Positions 1 through 12,217 of a stretch of 64,000 nt of DNA are shown here, one piece after another; the first letter of the stretch is position 1, and every line of letters begins with the position of its first letter. The stretch spans positions 28,830,001 to 28,894,000 of the forward strand of contig OX597819.1 in assembly GCA_951406725.2 (NCBI GenBank), in the 5' to 3' direction. The position numbers were made by a program, and so were the translations under genes. This stretch comes from Octopus vulgaris (lineage: Eukaryota). A model generated the notes under the pieces. It did not search any database. It saw only the letters and a program-made list of their open reading frames with translations, and was not told the origin of the DNA.

Positions 1-695
1 AGTTGTGCGACTTATTTGGGCATGTATCTAAGGTTATCAGACAAGGAATGCTACTCAAAGATGTTATGAGTCTCATGTATGCAAACTTGGCCAAGGGGTA
101 TACTTAAACACTTGATGGCTGAAAGATGTTACCGAGGGGATATGACACAACATTCAAAGGCATTTTAGTTCGATGTTAAGCTTCTGCCACCTTGTTTTCG
201 TTTTAGTTAGAGGCGGTCTACGTCACAGTTTATGTGAAAATAATGTGTGCTTGTTAGTATTTTCTTGGTTTTCACATCAATTGCTCAGATCTCATCAAGC
301 GTCCAATCAAACAGTTCAAATATTGGTATGAGTACTGGCACTGCAAACACATTGTGGGACACTGTTTTATTGAATGCAGAGAATTCTGAGGTTCAAAATT
401 TCTTTATTTGGCTATAATATTCTTTAGTGACACCTATTTTGTTACAGGTGCCATTGTGAGATATGTTTTTATCCACCTCTAGATACCTATAACATTCTTC
501 ATCAGATATAGAGGAAACAGTTAAGTCATTGATGGAGATGTTGCTAGACTGGTTTACAGTTTTCCCCCTTTTCACAACCATATAACATTTATCCTGACCA
601 AACTCCAACCCTACAACCTTTGAAAATGTTGTAACTAGGCCAAGGCTCTTTTTCATCTCGTGCATATTCTTTGCATAAAGTTTCAAGTCATCCAC
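1..695 (-). mobile_element. Degenerate non-LTR retrotransposon RT fragment, R4/Dong-like
   Basis: Minus-strand translation HVDDLKLYAKN...GLEFGQDKC...YRYLEV...VTKEYYSQIKK matches the (Y)xDDLKLY / GLEFGxDKC / YKYLG pattern of R2/R4-group RTs. Frameshifted and cut off by an (ATGT)n tract. Confidence 0.75.
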
Positions 696-779
696 ATGTA
701 TGTATGTATGTATGTATGTATGTATGTATGTATGTATGTATGTATGTATGTATGTATGTATGTATGTATGTATGTATGC
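696..779. repeat. (ATGT)n microsatellite
   Basis: Perfect tetranucleotide run. Similar tracts lie at about 1428-1500, 3343-3405, 11545-11598 and 58530-58572. Confidence 0.95.
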
Positions 780-1172
780 ATTGGGAAGGGTCTTCTTATG
801 ATGATGACATGCAGTGTCTGTGCAAGACCCTGCCTCAGTAAAACTGGACCAAGAGTCATCTTCGTAGTCATAAAACGAGACAGATGAGTGACAACCTGGG
901 CACTGGTGGTGGTGTAACACACCATACTAATCATATCTGTCGGGCATGTGGAAGAGAGTGTAATTCGGCAGGAGGACTTAAACGACATGCAAAGGTACAT
1001 GAAGCCCAGTTACAACTACAGCCGGCTATTACCAGTAAAGGTCTTAGTTGCTAATTTTGTACAAGACATTGTAGATCTTTAGCTGGGCTAAAAAGTCACA
1101 TTCGATCACAACACCAGTAACAGTTAAGCTTCGTGCAATGGCCATACTTGATAACGAGGGGGCAGCCATAAT
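780..1172 (+). mobile_element. 3' end of an RTE-type LINE encoding three tandem C2H2 zinc fingers (decayed)
   Basis: Allowing one frameshift (~849) and one stop, it reads CSVCARPCLSKTG/KSHLRSH, CRACGRECNSAGGLKRHAKVH and C*FCTRHCRSLAGLKSHIRSQH* (stop 1118-1120). A short 3' UTR and an ATGT tail follow. Confidence 0.7.
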
Positions 1173-1520
1173 GTATGTATATATGCATCTATGCATGCAT
1201 GTATGTATGTATGTATGTATGTATGCGTGAGAACGTGCGAATTTCTGGATGTGCATTTAACCTACCAGGGCGAAGTTAATTAACTCACGAAACGGAGAAC
1301 TTAAATAGAAAAGCCTGAGATGTGTTGTTCATAAGCCTCCACCACTGAAAACGAATCATCTGTGTAGGTAGTCTAACAAAAAGAACTGTTGAAACCTCAT
1401 ACATTGAAATTGATGAGAAATTCCATTATGTATGTATGTATGTATGTATGTATGTATGTATGTATGTATGTATGTATGTATGTATGTATGTATGTATGTA
1501 CGTATATATGTATTATGTAC

Positions 1521-1566
<46 letters not shown>

Positions 1567-1931
1567 TTCTGTGTGTGTATTTATGCAAGTATGTATGTAT
1601 GTATGTGCGTATGCCTAGCACTATTTCATTCTTTTCAAAAATCGTCAGTATGATATAAGCTCAGAATCATTAAAGAAGTATTCTATGAAGTGAGATATTT
1701 CTTATAAATGGAAAATAATTACAGTCTGGAAGAAATTCATCGAACGTGTTTTCTTTTTATTCTCTTTCCTTTCACCTTTTCCTTCTTCGTAGAACATTAG
1801 TATATTCGCAACGGAGACAAAAGAGAAAATTGTTTAGTATTTACACACAGGATTACTATATATTTACACACGCACACACGCACATCTATTTAACTACCTG
1901 TCTGCCAGTCCGTCTCTCTCTTTCTCTCACA

Positions 1932-2010
<79 letters not shown>

Positions 2011-2195
2011 TGAAAAAAGGGTTTGCAAAAGGAAACGAAACAAAAATGTGACAGGAAAACGAAAAAAGAAAAAAAAAACACAGAAACTAAGGAAATGAAA
2101 CGGATACAAGCCCATTCCCTTCGTCCGCTGTTAACTGAATATCATAACGATTTCGACACTTTCTGACATGTACACTTCCTTGTTTTATATATATA

Positions 2196-2855
2196 CTAGC
2201 AACGTTGCCGGGTTTTTAGAAAGTATCAAAAAAAACCCAACGACCTTTAACTTAAAGATGTATTCTTTTACTCCTTTTCATAAAAACATTAATTATCATC
2301 TTTTTCTACTTTTTCTATTGTCTTCTGTTTGATCTGTGAGAATATTTATTGTACTTAGCATATCAATAATTTATCTCTAATAGATTTTTTATTTATTTTT
2401 GTAGATATGTGCATTTTCCCTTCACTAGGGAATTTCATAATATTTATTTACCAGATATGTAGTCACCCTGCTTTTTTTTTTTTCATAGCTAACACAAACT
2501 TGTATTTTTCTTGAGGTAAATTGTTATTGAGTAATTTATAAAATAATACGCACTTAAATCTGTAGTAATATTTCACTTCTCATGACAGTGTAACACGACT
2601 TTTATCCTTGGCTAGCAACTGCTGTTTCCTTTTTCTTACCCCCAGAAAGTATGAAAAATGGTTAGTATTTCCTTCAAATTTTGCTATTTTTACACTTATT
2701 CAAACCCCAAAGAATTCCTCTCAAAACATAGCTATGATGCTACCTCACTACTCCTGCGCATCATCAGAGAGCCACTAAAAGACATGCTCAGGTGGTTATG
2801 GTCAAGCAACTGACAAGCAAATCTGTGGTACTGAGCAGAATATTTGTTATAACGA
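2196..2855 (-). mobile_element. Possible old non-autonomous Helitron-like element
   Basis: CTAG next to a GC-rich patch at 2196-2212 and a candidate TC 5' end near 2855. Interior unverified. Confidence 0.3.
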
Positions 2856-2889
2856 TATTTCTGCTTCAGCGACTCAGTGTTGAATCTGT

Positions 2890-3063
2890 CTGGAGCACCG
2901 CCTTTAGTCGATCAAATCGACCACAGGACTTATTCTTTGTAAGCCTAGTACTTATTTTATCAGTCTCTTTTTTGCCGAACTGCTACGTTACGGGGACGTA
3001 AACACACCAGCATCGGTTGTCAAGTGTTGTTGGGGGACAAACACAGACACACGCACACACACG

Positions 3064-3098
<35 letters not shown>

Positions 3099-3207
3099 GT
3101 ACATATATATAATGGGCTTCTTTCAGTTTCCGCCTACCATATCCACTCACAAGGCTTTGGTCGGCTCGAGACTATAGCAGAAGACACTTGACCAAAGTGC
3201 CACGCAG
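2890..3207 (-). mobile_element. tRNA-derived SINE, family A (head truncated)
   Basis: Reverse complement of the family A body seen at 37075, 42998, 43898 and 44887. Confidence 0.85.
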
Positions 3208-3470
3208 TTTTTTTTTTGTGAATTCTTCCCATATATATATATGGCACTTTGGTCAAGTGTCTTCTGCTATAGTCTCGAGACGACCAAAGCCTTGTGAGTG
3301 GATATGGTAGGCGGAAATATATATATATATATTATGTGTGTGTATGTATGTATGTATGTATGTATGTATGTATGTATGTATGTATGTATGTATGTATGTA
3401 TGTATGTGTGTATGTATATGTGTATGCATATATATATGTGTATATATATGATATATATATATATATATAT

Positions 3471-3660
3471 AGTCAATCCAAACAAGAAGAAAATAACAAC
3501 GTGAGGACGTGGTACTAGTACTGTGTTATTGGACGTTCAGGAAAGGGAAGAAAAGAAAGAGGATTTCACGTTTCGAGCGGATCTCTTCATCAGAAATATA
3601 GAAAATGTCCAAAGAAGGGAAGACGGAGTAAGAAAATCACCAACGATACACACGCGTTCA
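3471..3660 (-). mobile_element. Short PLE-terminal-like element in a (TA)n tract, carrying a minimal hammerhead
   Basis: Contains CTGATGA-a-GAG-atccg-CTC-GAAA-CGT on the minus strand. Its left end recurs twice at 31528-31609 and 31721-31803. Confidence 0.65.
3563..3597 (-). ncRNA. Minimal hammerhead ribozyme motif (cleavage triplet GUG, probably inactive)
   Basis: attt-CUGAUGA-a-GAG/CUC-GAAA-CG-U-G-aaat, with palindromic helix III ACGU. Confidence 0.65.
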
Positions 3661-3709
3661 CACACACACACATTTGCATGGCAATTACATTTGTTTAATT
3701 CAGCAGAGA

Positions 3710-4106
3710 TCTTTATATATAAAAGTCAAGTTGTGTGTCTGTCTCCTACGATTTAGATTCCTAACTACTCCCACATTTTGCGGTGCAGTTTAACCAAAAC
3801 CGGGTATCTTATAGTCGTGATTCATATCGAGCCCTTCTGGGTATTAGCGCGCGTCTACGATGAGTCTACAGTTTTTAAAAAATTTACCATCATTTTTTTT
3901 CCATTTTAATGCATTTTTCGCTATTAAATAAGGGAAGTAACTCTCTAAAAATGTCTACGATGAGTCAACGATTTAAAAAAAAAATTACCGTAATTTTCTT
4001 TCCATTTTTAATGCATTTTTTTGCTATTTTTTGGCAATAACTCTCTAAAAATGCTTATATAGTTATTTCCCTTACAAACCCGAGCAACACCGGGCGATAC
4101 TGCTAG
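3710..4106 (+). mobile_element. Non-autonomous Helitron
   Basis: 5'-TC...CTAG-3' termini, inserted between A and T, no TSD, subterminal hairpin CCCG-agcaacac-CGGG. Near-identical copies at 18339 and 34126. Confidence 0.85.
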
Positions 4107-4691
4107 TTTAGTCTCAATTTTCAAACCACGTGGAGAGAGAAATGATAAAATGTGTTTCTGAAATCAGAATAGTTATAAAACTTTTCACTCCTGCAGTTTC
4201 GTTCCATCAATGAAAAAAAAAAAAAAAAAAAAAGATTGTAGATATTGAATTTTTGTATTAATTGAAGAATAAAGATGTTTTTAGCTGAATGCTGTCAAAA
4301 CAGCCAATGAGAAATGTCTGTAACATCACTTCAATTGATATCACATCGATAGTACATGTATTTTGTAACTTTTGTTTATCTTGCGTAATAGGTTTATAAC
4401 ATTGGTGAGGGAGTTAAAGTTACATTCAGAATAGACAAGAAAATAAAAGCAAATGCACGTGCGAGTGCATGCACACCCATCTCCACGTACACACGCGCGC
4501 ATGTGAGTGTATGCATATGTTTATAACACACACACACGCACACACACATACACACACAAAATCATATGCATACATGTGTTATGTGTGTGTATATATGTAT
4601 ATATGTATGTATGTATGAATATGTGTGTGCGTATATATATGATATATATATTTATATGTGAGTGTATATATATATATATATATATCTATAT

Positions 4692-4730
<39 letters not shown>

Positions 4731-4799
4731 TCTAGTTTCAGCTCACTAGCTGTGGCCATGCTGGGACACCGCCATTTGGTGTTGCTACATGATTTTACT

Positions 4800-7700
4800 T
4801 CACGAATGCTTTTTAGCAATTGTCATTTGGTGCATGAGAGAGTTCGATGTAGCTGTTCTCATCTCCACCTCCTGCCGTGAAGTTGGTTCATTTGGGACAC
4901 CTGATAGGAAGAGATCCAGTTTTATTTTAAAGACATCTGCATCCACCCCATGCAGGTCTCTTAGGTTCTTCGGGAGGATATTGAAGAGCTGTGGGCCTCG
5001 GAAGCCCAGGCTATCACAGTATCTTGTCCTACATCTTGATGGCAAATTTGGAGTCCTTGGCACTATGCAGTGGCGCCCAGTTCTGGCATTTGTGTAACTC
5101 TCGATGCCAAAGTTTGGGACAAGTCCTTCTAGGATCTTCCAGATGTATATCATGGCATATCTTTTTCGCCTACGCTCTAAGGAATAGAGTCTCAATCTCT
5201 TGAGTCTTTCCCAATAGCTTATATGCTGCACAGAGGCTATCTTCTTCGTGTAGCTTCGTTGGATCGCCTCAAGTTCTGTGATTAACTTGACACTGGATGG
5301 TGACCATAGCTGAGAGCAATAGTCAAAGTGGCTTAGGACAAGTGTCCTCCAGAGGACCATCATGGTTTCCTGGTCTCCTGTTCTGAAGGTTCTAAGAATC
5401 CATCCGGTCAGCCGCCTACATTTCATTGCCAATTTAGCAACATGCACATGAAAGGTTACATCATCACTCATGTAAATACTCAGGTCTCGCACTGATTGTG
5501 CCTCTGGGATTGCAGCCCCTCCAGGTCCAGTGTATTTATTGGGTATTGCATTTAGTTTTGCGTGCTGATAGCATAGAGCTTGAAACTTTTCAGCATTGAA
5601 CTGCATGCTATTCTTTTCAGCCCACTTGTATATTTTGTCCAGCTCACATTGCAGGTGCTTAGTTTCTTCAGGGTTCTGTATTGCCTGTGAAACTTTTGTA
5701 TCATCTGCATAACTTGTGATCGTGGCTCTCTGCGTGGCTGAGGGCATATCTGAGAGGGCCATTATGAACAGTAGTGGTCCCAAAACAGTGCCTTGCGGAA
5801 CACCGCTCACTATTTGCGTGTTAGTGGAAGTGGCCCCATTGGCTGCTACCACCTGACTTCTATCCTTCAGAAAGTCATGAAGCCACTCTCACAATTTTCC
5901 AACTATGCCAAGATCACGCTGTTTGTGACATAGCATTCCATAATCGACTTTATCAAAGGCTTTTGCAAAGTCGAGATATATGACTTCCACATTTGAGTGG
6001 TTGAGCAGTCGTTTCAGCACCCAGTCATAGTGTTGTAGGAGCTGAGTTAAGCAGCTTCTTCCTGGTCGGAAACCATGTTGAGTGTCAGGCAGCAAGTCAT
6101 TTTCTTCAAGGAAGGTGATTAATTTCCTTCTGACTATTCGTTCCATGACCTTGCTGATGTGTGAGGTCAGAGAGATAGGTCTGTAGTTCTTGGCCTCCGC
6201 TCTGCTACATCCTTTATGAATAGGGCATATTTTACCTTCCTTCAGTTTTCTTGGAAGTTTGCCAGTTGCAAGGAAGCTCTGAAAGAGGAACTGCAGTGGT
6301 CTTGCTAGGACTCTCTTACATACTTTTAGAAGGATTGCTGGGAATCCATCGGGGCCAGTAGCTGAGTTTGCTTTCATTTCATCAGTAGCCTTTATTACAT
6401 CGTCTTCCCTTATATTGATGTAATCAATCATTGCTGCCTCCGATTTTATATCTGCAGTGGTAAAGAAGTCAGTTGGATTGCTGACTTGAAAATGCCCTAG
6501 GGGTGGCGTGAAAATACTCTTGAATTGCTCATTTAGTATTTCACTTACTCTCATTGGATTTCCTGTGAGTGTGCCATCCTTTTCAAGGAGTGGCCCTATC
6601 CTACAGTGCACCGTAGCTGTTTCTTTGGCATACCTGTAGAAAGCTCTGGGGTTAGATTTTATGTTGTCTATAGCCCAGGCTTCTTTGTCTGCTCTTTCTT
6701 TTTCATGGGAGAGTTGCAGACATTTTTCAATTTCTAACAGTTTTATTTTTAGGCGAGACTTTTCACTGCTTTCAATTTGTTTGTTTAGGCGATTTGAAAC
6801 TTTTGTACGCCGTCTCATTAGAATTTTCCTCTCTCTGGGGATTTTGCTCTTGTGTACAGTGGCCTTTCTCTCTGGGACACATTTGTAGCATATGGCTTGC
6901 ATTACAGACATGAATTGTTGAAGTTTCATGTCGATGTCTGGTGAGGATAGACATTCAGGCCAGTTTTGTTTGAGGATCCCTTTCTCAATTTGTTTCCAGT
7001 TTGGCTTATGGAAGTTCAAGCAGGAAAGAGTCAGAGAGTTTCTTGTAGGCTGCATGTCCATGCTTTCCTTTGGCCCGTACATGGTCAGATCTACCATGTT
7101 GTGATCCGAGAGTAGTATCGGTGTCACTTTCACATTATGGATAAGATCCATATTATTTGTGAAGCAGAGATCCAGTATGTTACCTGCCCTGGTTGGTTGG
7201 AGTATTATTTGCTCCATGTACAGAGTGTTGATGAGATTCAGAAGGGACCTCGCCTGTCCTCGTTCACATCGTGTCATTCCTGGGAGAGAAAGACCCTCAG
7301 GCCATCTGACATTCGGTAGATTGAAGTCTCCCATAAGAAGTACACTTATGTGTTGTTCTAATGTGACTAGAACTTCTTCTATTTTTATAAGGAAGTCTTC
7401 AAACTTGCCTACATGGCTTGGGGCATCTGGAGGGCGATATGTAGCACATATAACTACACCAAGTTGCCTTATATGTACAATTAGTGTGTCACACACCGAA
7501 TTTGAGTATGACAAAAGGACCCGAGGTGTGAGGTCCTCACGGATGTACATAGCAACTCCTCCATGACTCCTTTCTTTTCTGTCCGTCCGTAGTATAACAT
7601 ACTGTGGTATGTGTATTTCCGCATCTGCTATGTCCGGTTTCAGGTGTGTTTCCGTAAGTGCTATGCATAGGGCTTGATTGCATGCAACAAAGTCTCTCAA

Positions 7701-7904
7701 GAACGGTATTTTTGTCCTGTTACTGAGTGTTAGCAGTCCTCTGATGCTCAGTAGGAGCATCGGGGTGAGGTGTATGCTGTTGCCGGCGGTGTCCACCTTG
7801 GGTCTATTTGCTGTGGTGGTCTTGTGTATTGTGGATAGTCCCATCTGCGAGTTTGAGTTTGATGGAGCCAGGTTAGCTGCTGCACAATCTTTTATGCCAT
7901 GCAC
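4800..7904 (-). pseudogene. LINE ORF2 (AP-like endonuclease + reverse transcriptase), interrupted by one in-frame TGA at 5889-5891
   Basis: APE motifs ALTETHL, HGGVAMY, GDFNLP, LDLCF, SDHN. RT motifs PIHK, YRPISL, QHGFR, YLDFAKAFDKV, SGVPQGTVLGP, YADD. C-terminus YWERLKRLRLYSLERRR. The 671-aa and 350-aa ORFs are in the same frame (GKL*EWLHDFL). Confidence 0.93.
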
Positions 7905-8682
7905 AAAAAAGATTCTTGTTCAGCAGCTGTTCAATAACATGTTGGCGGTTTGTAGCACGCACCACATCTGCGTACCTCCGTTTTGGGGTAGGTGGTTCGT
8001 GGTCCATCCCTTTTCCTTTTGGTAGTTGGTTTCTGACCTGTTTCGTGTTTCTGCGGCAGGGTCCCCGATGTGCAAAACGGCAGCCTGCACTTTCCTCTCC
8101 ATGCCAGCAGACACCTCTCAGGTAGAACCTACACACCAGTGTGCGCTGTCTGTTTCCATTCTTTTTGGTACATGGATAGTCAGGTTTGCTTCTATCCTTG
8201 GCTGTTTCAGTTTTTGGTTTTGTTTGAGTTTTAGTTTTTCCTTCTTTGACTGTTTCATCTTTTGTTTTTCTTTTAGTTTTTCCTCCTTTTATTTCTTTTT
8301 TGGCTCTTTCATCTCCATGGCTTTTGGTGCTGGTAGGAGCACTTGCACTTGGGTTTACTTCCCGGGCAGGTTTCTCACTTGAATCTTCTTCCTGGGTGTC
8401 TACCAAGTGGGGGTGACTTCTTTCATCAGCACCCGCGTCTCCATCCTTGCCATCTTTACTTTGTTCGTTGTCAAAGATGGCATCAAGCGTGCCAATGTGA
8501 GATCTTATGAGTGCATAGGAGCGTATAAACTCCTGCTTCTTTCGCTCTATCTGAGCTATTGTCCTTTTATATCCACTGCTCTTCAGCGCAGCTGTAATTA
8601 TGTTGTTCGGATTATCTCCGTCGGCGCATTACCAGGCTCTAAGGAACAACGCCAATTCGTTACTTGGCCAGGTTCTGGACAT
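7873..8682 (-). pseudogene. LINE ORF1 (~270 codons, CCCH zinc finger), one in-frame TAA at 8629-8631
   Basis: The frame of the 177-aa ORF extends upstream to an ATG at 8682 (MSRTWPSNELALFLRAW*CADG...). It includes a Lys-rich tract and CRFYLRGVCWHGEESAGCRFAH (C-x7-C-x8-C-x3-H). Confidence 0.75.
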
Positions 8683-9153
8683 TTAGGATATTTTATTTAT
8701 TTATCTATCTAATTATATTTAAAATTTAATAGTGTGATAGAGGGTAGAGAATAAATAGAGAAAGAAAGTGTCTATATATTTAGAGAGATTGAGAGCTGAG
8801 AGAAGATAAGAAGAGAGTAAGAGAGGAAAGTTCGCGACTATATATTTAGAAAAATTGAGAGGCTGAGAGAAGAAAGATGGGGTGACAGAGAGAAGTGGAG
8901 AAGTGAAGAGACAAGGAAAGATTGAACGGCTGAGAGAAGAAAGATGGTGTGATAGAGAGAAGTGAAGAGACAGAGAGAGAAAGAAAAGAAAGGGAGGAGG
9001 TTACGAAGCTGAAATAGAAAATGAAAGATTAAGAAAATGAAAGATTATTAACAGGAAAGCTGAAATAGAAAATGAAAGATTCTGAAACAGAGACCGAAAG
9101 ATTAATAAAGAATGTAAACTAAACTAATTGCGACTATACTTCTAATGTTCGCG

Positions 9154-9228
<75 letters not shown>

Positions 9229-9790
9229 GTAGAAGAAAGTGAGGAAAAGAAGGAATTATTTAATTCTAAACTAATTACGGGAAAATAAACATATGAAAGC
9301 GAAACAGAAATTGAAAAAAAGTTATTCTCAGAATGTAAACAAAGATGGTGTCGTAAATCGTAACGGAGATGTTAGCTTACCTTAAAGGAAAATAAAAAAT
9401 AATAAATAAAATATGAAAACAATACTTATCATAAAAGATACAGTCCAAAACCTCGTGCTTGTACGAATAAGTTTTCTTTCACGACAGAAAAGAAAATTCT
9501 TTTTCTTTCTTACTTTTGGCTGGAGATAAATTAAAGACTTGCCACCACGTGCTTTTTCGGCGAAGATTCTAGCATGCGTAACTAACTTTACTGTATTATA
9601 TTTGGCCTCAAGCAAAATATATTACGTTTTTAATTAATATATTTTTATTTAATGTATTTTAGTAGACTTTAAGAGTTAACAAGTTCTACGTTTTGTTACT
9701 TTTAGTAGATTATTTCGTCGATTTATGCAAACCTTTTTGCTTTTTAACAGAGCAAAAGCAAACACGTCTATCTTCTACGAAAACCGGAAG

Positions 9791-9910
9791 TATATATATA
9801 TGTATATATATAAATATGTATATATATATATGTATATATATGTATATATATATGTATATATATATATGTATATATATATGTATATATATGTATATATATG
9901 TATATATATG

Positions 9911-9969
<59 letters not shown>

Positions 9970-10050
9970 GTATATATATGTATATATATATGCATATATA
10001 TATATGTATATATATGTATATATATATATATTATGTATATATATATGTAT
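9791..10050. repeat. Long (TA)n / TATATATATG microsatellite
   Basis: Visible directly. It produces the YI-repeat ORFs in the track. Confidence 0.95.
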
Positions 10051-10879
10051 AAACGAAACTCTGTCAATACGACATTTTAGCAAAAAAAAAATGATGGATT
10101 TGTATAGCGATAGACAGAACGCTATTAATATTGTTTAAAAGAACGTTATATGATATAACGTCATAAGTAGCTAACAGAAAGAGTAGGGATATTAATAGTG
10201 AATGTTAAATATAAAGGAAATTAAAGTTTAAATTATATAATGATAGAGACTACTTATATGCACTAAATGTATGTTTCTGCCAATGCTTACATCTGTATGC
10301 TCGTTCTATAACCATGTTTACTAGAGTATTTTTAGAAAAAATAATGAAAAATAGCTCAGAATTGCAGAGAAGACAGAATTTCTTGCCTTTGTCATATGGT
10401 ATCGAAATTGAGAGGATCAACCATTCTAAATGAAATTGTTCATTGTGGTCTTTTAAATCCCAAATCAGTTTGCTGAGACCGGTACTATTTCGTTTATTTC
10501 TATCCCTAAATGTTGAGTAATGGATAGAAATTCTTTTAGATAACTCTAACGATGCTGATATCGTTTGTATCCTTTGATGACACCTTCACTTATTACTCAC
10601 TGGTTTCTGTATTATGAAGCCTGTTAAGCGAATATGTTTTCATGGAAACCCTGCTTCTGTTTCAGGCTTAAGTCTACATAGTAATATTATTATCTTTATG
10701 CCAGAGCACAATTAAAAGAGACTCAAAGAGACTCTCCATTAAATATTTTCCTGTATCGATGTGTTTGAGGGAAGTGTTTGTCAACTAAACTAAGTAAGAT
10801 CATGCCTGTACATGTTTTTACATTCAGAGAAAATGAGGGTGTAAACCATATGCCATTACAGTGGAGTCAGGGATAGGCA

Positions 10880-11050
10880 TATTCTTAAACTTATCCGTAA
10901 GACCACTGGCGGTCAGAGCCTTGCTGTACTTCTTGGTTGTGATGTCGAAAATCTCCTCTTTTGAAAATAGGTTGGAGGTTCTCCTGCTAACCTCCTCGAG
11001 TAGGTGTCTGAAAACTGTGCCTGATTGGCAGGACCCTGTATTAACACATG
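10880..11050 (-). mobile_element. Penelope-like element RT thumb fragment
   Basis: Translation CVNTGSCQSGTVFRHLLEEVSRRTSNLFSKEEIFDITTKKYSKALTASG resembles the PLE YVN..SNHP...SRRLS.LSS.EEIF....Y..AL..SG segment. Confidence 0.65.
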
Positions 11051-11377
11051 TTAGCCTTTCATCCCTTTAATTCCTTTTCTCTTATTCCACTTTCTTTCCC
11101 TCTTTCCCCACTCTCTCTACCCTTTTCCCTCCATGTCTAATAATATTCTATCCCTTTTGATGTGCATTTCAAAATTGATCTTTTACCATGACAAAGAAAA
11201 TAACCCTTTGATTCTTGATCGCAAGTTATTATGCCTGACCAATAAATTTTAAACAAAGACAATTATTAAAAATATATATAATCTTTTACTCTGAAAGCTT
11301 TTGTATGCATGACTTTTGTAACAGCTGTGTTTTTTTTTTTGTTTTTTTGCCAGTGTTCGATTTAGATGCATAACATA

Positions 11378-11428
11378 CTGATCTGATGAGTGTGAAATTA
11401 TTAATTTCACACAAAACTCTGAGTCATG
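11378..11428 (+). ncRNA. Hammerhead ribozyme motif with G12->A substitution
   Basis: CUGAUGA (11383-11389), then GUGUGAAAUUA/UAAUUUCACAC helix II (11 complementary nt), AAAA in place of GAAA, helix III ACUC-u-GAGU and a GUC site. Helix I is weak. Confidence 0.65.
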
Positions 11429-11484
11429 AAAATCATTTGTCAATATTTCCATCGTTAACTTCTCTCTCTCTTTTTCTTTGTTTC

Positions 11485-11521
<37 letters not shown>

Positions 11522-11649
11522 TTATATATATATACACACACACACATACATACATACATACATACATACATACATACATACATACATACATACATACATG
11601 ATTGCATGCAAGCATGCGCGCATATTGTATATATTGCTGTCTTACTAAC

Positions 11650-12217
11650 TGTAACGAACTTAGTGTGAATATATTCTCTTGTACTTTCGGGGTACAAGAG
11701 GCAATCACTAGCCGTTGCTTTAATAATCCAGAATTCTACCAGTCAGAAACAACAAGACGCAGACGTAAAAGATATATATACTACTTTATTCTCTAATGTG
11801 GTAACAGTAACAATAAGTGGTTATCTGGTATCCCTTTGGTATAAATGTGTCAGTGCTGAACCTTATCGCTGTAAAATAAGAAAGTGTTCAAATGCAAAAC
11901 GATACTGGTCAAAGATGGCGTCCGGAACAGGGAGAAGATGTGGTCTGCAACAATTTGGTTAAAGGCCTTTTGGTAAAGTGCTGCTAGAATCAAGTTCGGA
12001 CAGAGAGAAAATATTTCACGTCCTGCTCCCTCAGTCGCTGCTGTCTCAAGTCGCTGCTTGCTGGACGCTGGTGGTCAACGTCTTACGATCCCCTTGCCTC
12101 GGCTAACTGCTACGTAGGCAAAAGGGTTCCTCTTCCGGTGGTGAAAGCACCAACCCCGCACGCGCGAAATACAAATGGACGGTGCGCGAGCGCGCGCCGT
12201 TGTATAGGATCACTACA
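11650..12217 (-). repeat. 3' LTR (TGTA...TACA termini)
   Basis: Direct repeat of 13757-14328, preceded on the minus strand by GGGGTGGAG. Confidence 0.9.

Larger units (their letters stand above)
4690..9155 (-). mobile_element. Near-full-length CR1-like LINE (5' UTR, ORF1, APE-RT ORF2, 3' stem-loop, (ATAA)n tail)
   Basis: Two long reading frames, a pyrimidine-rich putative 5' UTR (8683-9155), an (ATAA)n tail at about 4690-4731, and (TA)n on both flanks. The 5' boundary is uncertain. Confidence 0.9.

Noticed and set aside
1389-1658. ORFs with MYVC/HTYI/YI repeats (also 3267-3518, 9693-10138, 11386-11708, 45310-45562)
   Set aside because: Stop-free translations of microsatellites, not genes.
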